From Candidatus Tremblayella phenacoccinincola (lineage in GTDB: Bacteria; Pseudomonadota; Gammaproteobacteria; Burkholderiales; Burkholderiaceae), in the NCBI RefSeq assembly GCF_009805595.3, contig NZ_VMQO03000002.1, forward strand, positions 31,039 through 63,038: DNA of 32,000 nt, written 5' to 3'. Below the pieces are notes generated by a model. It worked only from the letters and a program-made list of their open reading frames with translations, had not been told where the DNA came from and made no database searches. Below, one piece after another: positions 1 through 6,164 of the stretch (positions are counted from its first letter, which is position 1; every line of letters starts with the position of its first letter). Made by a program: the position numbers and the translations under genes.

Positions 1-460
1 GCTTGGTTCAAACCCGGGTGGGTGGTCAGAATACGTCTTAGATAAAATAGGAAAACAAGGTTCAATCATAGCCTGTGATATTCTACCTATGAATAAACTA
101 AAAGGAACATATTTTATACAAGGTAACTGCTTTGCTAAAAATACTCTAGAAATGCTATACCTAAAAACAAAAGGTTCCAAAGTTAATGTTATATTATCAG
201 ATATGGCTCCAGCTATTACGGGCATCTCTTCTATTGATATTCCTAACTCTATAGAACTTATAAAGCTATCTCTAAAAATATGTTTAGCTATTCTAAAACC
301 AGGAGGTAGTCTTCTAGTAAAAGCTTTTCAAGGAGAAAGGTTTGCTAGTCTATATAATAAGCTAAGAACTATATTTAATAAGGTTAAGCTATGTAAACCA
401 AAGGCTTCTCATTATTATTCAAGAGAGGTTTATGTTGTAGCTAAAGGACTAGCTGTATAG
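1..460 (+). CDS. rlmE: 23S rRNA U2552 2'-O-methyltransferase RlmE (FtsJ), 5' end outside window
   Basis: The frame of ORF 89..460 stays open back to position 2. Upstream translation is LGSNPGGWSEYVLDKIGKQGSIIACDILPM; downstream motifs are SDMAP, KPGGSLLVKAFQG and SREVYVVAKG. All are colinear with E. coli RlmE as I recall it. Confidence 0.9.
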   Translation, partial: LGSNPGGWSEYVLDKIGKQGSIIACDILPMNKLKGTYFIQGNCFAKNTLEMLYLKTKGSKVNVILSDMAPAITGISSIDIPNSIELIKLSLKICLAILKPGGSLLVKAFQGERFASLYNKLRTIFNKVKLCKPKASHYYSREVYVVAKGLAV

Positions 461-468
461 GTTTATAG
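458..468 (+). repeat. Spacer motif TAGGTTTATAG, copy 1 (includes the rlmE TAG stop)
   Basis: Exact 11-mer repeated at 1043-1053. The core TAGGTTTA recurs in several other spacers. Confidence 0.6.
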
Positions 469-535
469 ATACATTCTTTATTGTACTAAGGAACTGTTGT
501 TAGAGACTCTAGAGGGAGAAGTACTTCTAGCATAT

Positions 536-618
536 ACCGAGGTGGCGGAATAGGTAGTCGCGTTACTTTGAGGTGGTAATGCTTTATAAGCATACGGGTT
601 CAAGCCCCGTCCTCGGTA
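536..618 (+). tRNA. leuU: tRNA-Leu(GAG), class II, no encoded CCA
   Basis: Hand-folded cloverleaf. Acceptor ACCGAGG/CCTCGGT. D arm GCGG-AATAGGTAG-TCGC. Anticodon arm TTACT-TTGAGGT-GGTAA, anticodon GAG at 570-572 with U33 and G37. Long variable arm. T arm ACGGG-TTCAAGC-CCCGT. Discriminator A618. The layout closely matches E. coli leuU. Confidence 0.9.
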
Positions 619-646
619 TTATATAATAAACATAATACACATCTAA

Positions 647-721
647 AGCGGAGTGGAGCAGTTTTGGTAGCTCATCGGGCTCATAACCCGAAGGTCGTTG
701 GTTCAACTCCAACCTCCGCAA
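647..721 (+). tRNA. metY: Initiator tRNA-fMet(CAU), no encoded CCA
   Basis: Almost colinear with E. coli tRNA-fMet. A1 x A72 mismatch at the acceptor end and an A11:T24 pair. Anticodon arm TCGGG-CTCATAA-CCCGA has three consecutive G:C pairs (initiator signature). Anticodon CAT at 682-684. T arm GTTGG-TTCAACT-CCAAC. Confidence 0.9.
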
Positions 722-975
722 CTACAGCTAACTTCCCTTCCTAGCTAGGAGCTCTTGGTTTATTAGGAGAAGGTAGGAGAGGAGAGAGTTAACAGCTATA
801 GCTATTAAAGAGCTTCTCTCTCCCCTCTCTTATATATACTTCTACTTCTAACTAACCTTCTCCTCTTCTCTCCTTTCCCTTTCCTTATTCTTATCCACCT
901 TTCTCCTCTCCTTTCTCCCCCCAGGCTTCCCCCTCAACACATCCAAACATTCCTCTCCTTTCATACCGCTAACTA
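722..975. repeat. C/T-rich spacer repeat module A (GA/CT hairpin, AAAGAGCT, TATATATAC, CTAACTAAC, long polypyrimidine tract)
   Basis: GA arm 775-788 pairs with CT arm 816-830. The loop holds the palindrome AGCTATAGCT (794-803). AAAGAGCT is at 807-814, TATATATAC at 831-839 and CTAACTAAC at 848-856. Positions 841-960 are 54 C and 2 G out of 120 nt by hand count. CCCCCCAG is at 917-924 and CAACACATC at 935-943. The same anchors occur in spacers B and C. Confidence 0.75.
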
Positions 976-1042
976 TAGTTCCAATAGCTACAGCAGCTAT
1001 AATAGATTCTAGAGACAGTATGTATGGTAGTTTAACACATAT

Positions 1043-1053
1043 TAGGTTTATAG
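1043..1053 (+). repeat. Spacer motif TAGGTTTATAG, copy 2
   Basis: Exact 11-mer also present at 458-468. The flanking ACATATTAG...GTTTAT resembles 1181-1202. Confidence 0.6.
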
Positions 1054-1188
1054 TTCTAGAAGGCTAGGTATTTAGAACGCAATAAGCCTTTTGTCTTTAT
1101 TACTGAACATATAGAAAGTAACCAACCTTTTGTTTCTATTGGATCTGTATCTTTTGAGGCTATATAGCTATGGTTTAAGGACATATTA

Positions 1189-1200
1189 GCTTTAGGTTTA
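1189..1200 (+). repeat. Spacer motif GCTTTAGGTTTA, copy 1
   Basis: Exact 12-mer repeated at 4789-4800. A 10/12 copy, GCTTTAGGTT, lies at 7498-7507. Confidence 0.6.
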
Positions 1201-1239
1201 TTTAGCATATAATATAATAACTATTAACTAAACTGCACT

Positions 1240-1244
1240 AAGGA
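1240..1244 (+). promoter_or_regulatory. Possible Shine-Dalgarno (AAGGA) for pnp
   Basis: AAGGA lies 7 nt upstream of the TTG start at 1252. Confidence 0.4.
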
Positions 1245-1251
1245 TATTATA

Positions 1252-3366
1252 TTGTTAAACCCAACAAAACATAGCTTTAAATATGGTAAACATACTGTAA
1301 CTATCGAAACCGGTGTAATAGCTAGACAGGCAGATACTTCAGCATTAGTTAATATGAACGAAACAATCGTTTTAGTAACTGCTGTATATTCTAAACAAAT
1401 AAAGCAACCTCAGGCTCTCTTTCCTTTAACTGTGAACTATCAAGAGCGAACATATGCAGCTGGTCGTATTCCAAGTGGTTTTTATAGAAGAGAAGGACGT
1501 CCTAGTGAATCTGAAATACTAATATCTCGCTTAATAGATAGACCTATTCGTCCTTTATTTCCAGATAGCTTCCTAAATGAAGTTCAAATATTTGCTACAG
1601 TATTATCTTTAAACCCTCAAGTTACTACTGATATAGTATCTTTAATAGGTGTGTCAGTAGTTCTTAGCTTATCAGAACTTCCATTTAATGGACCATTTGG
1701 AGTTGCAAGAGTTTGCTATGTTAATGACAAATATCTATTAAGTTCTGATATTACTGGCCAAACAGCAAGCAGCTTAGACTTAATAGTTGTTGGTAGTTCT
1801 AATTCAATACTTATGGTCGAATCTCAAACAAAGCTTTTAAATGAACAACAAGTACTAGAGGCTATTCTATTTGGTTACAAAGAACAGCAAAAAGTAGTTA
1901 ATAATATTAACGAACTAACTAAAAGACCATGTAATAAAAGCTGTATTCATAAAAACTATAGTTCTAATATAGAATACATATTCCTAAAAGCTAAAGTAAC
2001 AAAACTAGCAGAACCTCGCATATTTGAAGCTTATCAAAATACAAACAAGAAGGAACGCTTTTCTTCAATAGAACTAATTAAGCTTGATATCTTAAATAGT
2101 ATAACTGACTCTAGAATACCTAGTATAATTCTTAGCTTAGAAAGGAATATTATGAGTAGCTATCTCTTAAAAAAAGGAATACGTATTGACGGTCGTAATA
2201 AAAAAGCTATTCGTAATTTAAACATTCGTATTGGCTTTTTACCTAGGACGCATGGATCTGCTTTATTTACTAGAGGAGAGACTCAAGCTTTAGTTACCGT
2301 TACTTTAGGGAATCAACGAAATGCTCAAAATGTAGACGAACTAAAAGGCGAACGCATAGATCGATTTCTTTTTCATTATAACTTTCCTCCGTTTTGTGTT
2401 GGAGAAGTTGGCATAATTGGTAGTCCAAAACGACGTGAGGTTGGTCATGGTTGGTTGGCAAAAAGGAGCTTACTACCTATTATACCTGAAGACAACATAT
2501 TTCCATATACAGTTAGAATTGTATCAGAAATAACTGAGTCTAATGGGTCTTCTTCTATGGCTTCAGTATGCGGAGCATCCTTAGCTTTAATGGACGCAGG
2601 GGTTCCTATATGTTTTCCAATAGCTGGTATTTCTATAGGTCTAATAAAAGAAACCAATAACTATTTATTACTCTCCGATATTATAGGTGATGAAGACCAT
2701 TTAGGAGATATGGACTTAAAAGCTTCAGGTACAAAGGCTGGTATGACTGCTATTCAAATGGATATAAAAATACAAGAGCCTGTATATAAAACCATTATAG
2801 ACCTAGCCTTAAAACAAGCTAGATCTTCTATATATTTTATATTAGACATAATGAACAAATCTATTAGCTCTTCTAGAAAAACTATAGGTAAATATGCTCC
2901 AAAGTTATACACAATCAATATAAGTCCTGATAAAATTAAAAGTGTTGTTGGAAAAGGAGGTTCAATAATAAAGTCTTTAATAGAAGAAACTAATACTAAT
3001 ATAGATATTTCAGATGCTGGCATGATTACTATATACTCTTCTAATGATAATATGGCGAACATTGCCTTAAATAAAATAAAAGAAATTACTTCTGATATCA
3101 AAATAGGAAACACCTACTCAAGTAAAGTTATTCGTATTGTCGAGTTCGGAGTTTATGTTATATATTGTGGTTATAAAGAAGGTTTAGTTCATATTTCACA
3201 TATAGCTAATAGATATATATCTAAGGTTTCTGATCATTTAACCATAGGCCAAGAAGTACTAGTTAAAGTTCTAGACATAGATCGTTTTGGCAAAGTAAAG
3301 CTAAGCATAAAAGAAGCAAGTAACCCTGCAATAAGTAACATTTCTAATAAGCTTAAGCCTAAATGA
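1252..3366 (+). CDS. pnp: Polyribonucleotide nucleotidyltransferase (PNPase), TTG start
   Basis: 704-aa ORF. The N-terminus MLNPTKHSFKYGKHTVTIETG and the motif LTVNYQERTYAAGRIPSGFYRREGRPSE are colinear with E. coli PNPase. Two RNase PH-like halves are followed by KH (VVGKGGSIIKSLIEETN) and S1 (VEFGVYV...GLVHISHIA) regions. E. coli pnp also uses a UUG start. Confidence 0.95.
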   Translation: MLNPTKHSFKYGKHTVTIETGVIARQADTSALVNMNETIVLVTAVYSKQIKQPQALFPLTVNYQERTYAAGRIPSGFYRREGRPSESEILISRLIDRPIRPLFPDSFLNEVQIFATVLSLNPQVTTDIVSLIGVSVVLSLSELPFNGPFGVARVCYVNDKYLLSSDITGQTASSLDLIVVGSSNSILMVESQTKLLNEQQVLEAILFGYKEQQKVVNNINELTKRPCNKSCIHKNYSSNIEYIFLKAKVTKLAEPRIFEAYQNTNKKERFSSIELIKLDILNSITDSRIPSIILSLERNIMSSYLLKKGIRIDGRNKKAIRNLNIRIGFLPRTHGSALFTRGETQALVTVTLGNQRNAQNVDELKGERIDRFLFHYNFPPFCVGEVGIIGSPKRREVGHGWLAKRSLLPIIPEDNIFPYTVRIVSEITESNGSSSMASVCGASLALMDAGVPICFPIAGISIGLIKETNNYLLLSDIIGDEDHLGDMDLKASGTKAGMTAIQMDIKIQEPVYKTIIDLALKQARSSIYFILDIMNKSISSSRKTIGKYAPKLYTINISPDKIKSVVGKGGSIIKSLIEETNTNIDISDAGMITIYSSNDNMANIALNKIKEITSDIKIGNTYSSKVIRIVEFGVYVIYCGYKEGLVHISHIANRYISKVSDHLTIGQEVLVKVLDIDRFGKVKLSIKEASNPAISNISNKLKPK

Positions 3367-3371
3367 CGTTA

Positions 3372-3501
3372 CAATAGGGGTTTCCTCAGAGTCTACCGAA
3401 GTGGCGAAATGGGTAAACGCAGTTAACTCAAAGCTAACCACCTTGTAGGTTTATCGGTTCAAATCCGATCTTCGGTAGTTCTTAACATACACCCCCTATT
3501 G
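3372..3501. repeat. 9-bp perfect inverted repeat bracketing tRNA-Leu(CAA)
   Basis: CAATAGGGG (3372-3380) is the exact reverse complement of CCCCTATTG (3493-3501). The arms lie 14 nt upstream of the tRNA 5' end and 15 nt downstream of its 3' end. Confidence 0.7.
3395..3477 (+). tRNA. tRNA-Leu(CAA), class II, no encoded CCA
   Basis: Acceptor ACCGAAG/CTTCGGT. D arm GCGA-AATGGGTAA-ACGC. Anticodon arm GTTAA-CTCAAAG-CTAAC, anticodon CAA at 3429-3431, with an A31 x C39 mismatch. Long variable arm. T arm ATCGG-TTCAAAT-CCGAT. Discriminator A3477. Confidence 0.85.
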
Positions 3502-3564
3502 AATATACAATTGCTGTTAAATATAAAGACATTATAGAGAATACAAAAGCGAATAAACTCTCCT

Positions 3565-4146
3565 ATGAAATATAACATACTTCCTAAAAGCTACAATAAA
3601 GTTCATATCATTGGTGGAAAGCTTAAAAAAGCTAAACTAAATATAAGCAATGACTACAACTTAAGACCTACTTCTAATAGAGTTAGAAAAGCTATTTTTA
3701 GTTGGTTAGATCCCTTAGCAAAAGGTTATTATTGTTTAGACTGCTTTGCTGGAAGTGGTGTTTTAGGAATAGAAGCTATCTCAAGATATTCGTTAAATGT
3801 TACATTCTTGGAAATAAACAATAACTTCTTCAATAGTTTGATAAAAAACATAAATAGGCTAAAGCTAAATAATATAAGCTTAGTTAATATAAATGCTTTA
3901 GAATGGTTAAATAATATTAACAAACCTAAACCTTTTGATCTAGTTTTCATTGATCCTCCATTTTTCAGAGGAATGATAGCTAAAACCATAAACCTACTAG
4001 AAAGCCTTAATTACTTATCTCATAAGTCTATAATATACATAGAGTCTGAAATAGGTCAATCAAACTATAAAGTTCCCAAAAGCTGGTTAATATACAAAGC
4101 TAAAGACTCAAATAATCTATCATATAAACTGTATATAAGAAGCTAA
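3565..4146 (+). CDS. rsmD: 16S rRNA m2G966 methyltransferase RsmD
   Basis: 193 aa. The motifs LRPTSNRVRKAIFSWL, CLDCFAGSGVLGIEAISRY, VFIDPPFFRGMIAKTINLLE and IIYIESE are colinear with E. coli RsmD as I recall it. Confidence 0.85.
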   Translation: MKYNILPKSYNKVHIIGGKLKKAKLNISNDYNLRPTSNRVRKAIFSWLDPLAKGYYCLDCFAGSGVLGIEAISRYSLNVTFLEINNNFFNSLIKNINRLKLNNISLVNINALEWLNNINKPKPFDLVFIDPPFFRGMIAKTINLLESLNYLSHKSIIYIESEIGQSNYKVPKSWLIYKAKDSNNLSYKLYIRS

Positions 4147-4173
4147 GGCTCCCGCATTCTGCTAGATTAGTGA

Positions 4174-4686
4174 CTACATTAAACAGCTAGTCTTATTCAA
4201 TATTATATTATAGGGTTTTTTATTAACGTTAATTATCTTATTAAGCACCTTAAGATACAGCTTATTTCTTTCTTTTATTACAGAATCTAATATCTTATAT
4301 AGGCTTATCCTAATAACTAATGTTAAAGGTCTTTGTTTAGCTACTACCCTTTTAGATTGTTCTTTAATACCTATCTTAACCCATAAGACAATATTAGAAT
4401 CTAATAGGCTCTTACATATATCTATATGGACAACAGATCCACCTCCAGTAGCTAATATAATGTTAGTTTTTATTAGCATAGTTCCAATTAGGCTTTCTTC
4501 TTTTATTCTAAATGATAGTTCTCCCTCTAAATAATAAGTTAAGTCAATAGATGCTTTATATTTAGCTTCTACTTTTATATCTGAATCAATATAAAACAGG
4601 TTTAGATGTCTAGCTAAGAAGTTACCTATCGTAGTTTTTCCAGAACCCATTAAACCTACTAAAGCTATGCTTATTATTTCTTTCAT
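4174..4686 (-). CDS. aroK: Shikimate kinase
   Basis: 170 aa. Contains the P-loop LVGLMGSGKTTIGNFLA, the DSD motif (YIDSDIKVE) and ILATGGGSV, the typical AroK layout. Confidence 0.85.
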   Translation of the reverse strand: MKEIISIALVGLMGSGKTTIGNFLARHLNLFYIDSDIKVEAKYKASIDLTYYLEGELSFRIKEESLIGTMLIKTNIILATGGGSVVHIDICKSLLDSNIVLWVKIGIKEQSKRVVAKQRPLTLVIRISLYKILDSVIKERNKLYLKVLNKIINVNKKPYNIILNKTSCLM

Positions 4687-4788
4687 TTAGCTATATAGTG
4701 TTTATCTAATAAAGAAGTCTAAAAGAGCTAAAGAAGCTAGTATTTAGGAACATTCTAGGTTTAACTACTAGCTACTCTACTTTTAAAT

Positions 4789-4823
4789 GCTTTAGGTTTA
4801 GGTGAAGAGGAGAGGGAGAGTTA
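4789..4823. repeat. GCTTTAGGTTTA copy 2 followed by an inverted-orientation GA tract abutting the tsaB stop
   Basis: The 12-mer at 4789-4800 equals 1189-1200. GGTGAAGAGGAGAGGGAGAG (4801-4820) is the purine-strand version of the C/T modules. GAGAGTTA also occurs at 784-791. Confidence 0.6.
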
Positions 4824-5549
4824 GGGCCCTTTGTTCTTTGAGGTTAAAATATAACTAATACAATATTCCTTCCTATAGATATCAAATACGTATTTTGGAG
4901 AAACTTGCTCAGATGATAGCTTTTCACCTTTGATAGCTTTATGAATACCTATTGGTAACATACTTTTAGCTGTTAATAATATGGGCTTTTTTATAGTTAT
5001 AGTTCTTAGTTCAAGGTTATCATCCAAATAAAACAATAAGTCAATATTACTAACTATTACATATTCTTTATATTGTTCTAGTTCTATAGATAGTTTCTTA
5101 AAGATGAGTCTAAGTCTATTTGGGTTAGTTCTTCTAAACCAGGTTATTAAACCAATATTGGGTTTATGGTAGTTTGTTAGATATGCTTCTTCATTAGCTT
5201 TTATAACTAATAGTATTTTGGGTTTAACAGAGAACCAGGGTTGAACAACAGCTTCTAATGTAGATATGTTAACTAAGGGTAGGTTTGTATAGATAGATAA
5301 GCCTTGAGATAAAGATATTCCTATCCGTATGCCAGTGTAGCTACCATAATTATTACTAAAAGAAAGGTATTTAATATCAGTTAATGAAAGGCCTACTTCT
5401 AACAAAGCGCTATCTATAATAGGTATAGCTAAATGAGGTTGTTTATATGGGGCTTTTGATAGGTATTCACTAATTATAACATTATTAATGGATAATGCGA
5501 CAGAACAGAATATATTAGTTGTGTTAATAGCTAATAGACGTATATGCAA
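4821..5549 (-). CDS. tsaB: tRNA t6A37 biosynthesis protein TsaB (YeaZ)
   Basis: 242 aa. The N-terminal half LAINTT...CSVAL...GLSLTDIKYLSFSNNYGSYTGIRIGISLSQGLS matches the TsaB motif of E. coli (SLTDI...GPGSFTGVRIGIGIAQGLA). Confidence 0.8.
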   Translation of the reverse strand: MHIRLLAINTTNIFCSVALSINNVIISEYLSKAPYKQPHLAIPIIDSALLEVGLSLTDIKYLSFSNNYGSYTGIRIGISLSQGLSIYTNLPLVNISTLEAVVQPWFSVKPKILLVIKANEEAYLTNYHKPNIGLITWFRRTNPNRLRLIFKKLSIELEQYKEYVIVSNIDLLFYLDDNLELRTITIKKPILLTAKSMLPIGIHKAIKGEKLSSEQVSPKYVFDIYRKEYCISYILTSKNKGP

Positions 5550-5635
5550 GGGAGAAGAACCGTAAATACAGTTAAGTTAGTAGTTGGTTCTTGGTTCTGC
5601 TAATACTTTAGTATATGGTTTAGGTTAGACATAAG

Positions 5636-5880
5636 CTTTCCCCCCAGTTAAGACCAACACATCATAACACAGATTCAAAGAGCTATCCTCTCCTTCCCCC
5701 ATATATACCTACCGCATCTGTCTCATACTCTGGTTTTAATCCTTCAACAGCTTATTGATTAACCGGACAACCAGTAGGTCTTTCCCCCTTTCTAGTTCAT
5801 ATTATTAACACTTCCTCCTTCTCCTTAAACACTAACTAACCCCCTCCCCCCCCCTTCCTTCCTTTCCTTTAGTCTCAACC
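5636..5880. repeat. C/T-rich spacer repeat module B (overlaps the rpsU 3' end)
   Basis: CCCCCCAG at 5640-5647, CAACACATC at 5655-5663, AAAGAGCT at 5677-5684, ATATATAC at 5701-5708 and CTAACTAAC at 5832-5840. The C5-T-C9 run is at 5840-5854 and is followed by a CT tract. The order and spacing of AAAGAGCT to ATATATAC (24 nt) match module A (25 nt). Confidence 0.75.
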
Positions 5881-6059
5881 ACCCTCCTGAAATACTTCTT
5901 TGCTGATGATGCTTTCTTTCTTTTCCGTTCAGAGGTTGGCTTTTCATAAAATAACCTAGAACGCACTTCACTTAGTAAACCGCTACGCTCAACCATCCTC
6001 TTGAACCGACGTATGGCTATTTCAAATGGTTCGGCTTCTTTAATAAAAACAATACACAT
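5832..6059 (-). CDS. rpsU: 30S ribosomal protein S21 with a low-complexity C-terminal tail
   Basis: 75 aa. [41 protein letters not shown] is the conserved S21 core. The last ~12 aa ([12 protein letters not shown]) are read from the polypurine repeat. Confidence 0.9.
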   Translation of the reverse strand: MCIVFIKEAEPFEIAIRRFKRMVERSGLLSEVRSRLFYEKPTSERKRKKASSAKKYFRRVVETKGKEGRGGEGVS

Positions 6060-6063
6060 AAAT

Positions 6064-6069
6064 TCTCCT
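6064..6069 (-). promoter_or_regulatory. Shine-Dalgarno AGGAGA for rpsU
   Basis: The minus strand reads AGGAGA-ATTT-ATG, with the ATG at 6059-6057. Confidence 0.5.
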
Positions 6070-6164
6070 ATACTATACGGGGGTTCATGTTGATATCTTT
6101 ATTTAAATACAGCTATTGGTAACAGGTAATTCTTGGTAAGATGAAGCTGTTGAACCGACAAATA

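Noticed and set aside
517-528. Palindrome AGAAGTACTTCT downstream of rlmE as a terminator
   Set aside because: It is a loop-less 12-nt palindrome without a T-tract, lying 8 nt upstream of tRNA-Leu. It does not have a convincing terminator structure.
891-899. DnaA-box-like TTATCCACC in spacer A (8 of 9 matches to TTATCCACA)
   Set aside because: It is a single imperfect box embedded in a C/T tract. There is no cluster of boxes, no AT-rich DUE and no dnaA/dnaN neighbourhood, so a chance match is likely.
960-1251. Possible rpsO (S15) or nusA-operon pseudogene remnant upstream of pnp
   Set aside because: Hand translation of + frame 1 (from 961) hits TAA/TAG stops within the first six codons, and TAA/TAG triplets are dense across the region, so a long open frame in any + frame is unlikely. 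I saw nothing resembling S15 motifs. Sensitive tBLASTx could still find relics.
2445-3989. ORFs 2445..2657(-), 2754..3113(-) and 3729..3989(-), antisense to pnp and rsmD
   Set aside because: They lie entirely inside well-supported genes on the opposite strand. Their sequences are low-complexity and hydrophobic, with no recognisable motifs. Such ORFs are typical shadow ORFs in AT-rich DNA.
5854-5862. GGAAGGAAG on the minus strand, resembling the SRP (4.5S) RNA domain IV core
   Set aside because: Only the short purine string matches. The flanking helices and the GGAA-tetraloop context of 4.5S RNA are absent. It is part of the generic GA tract.
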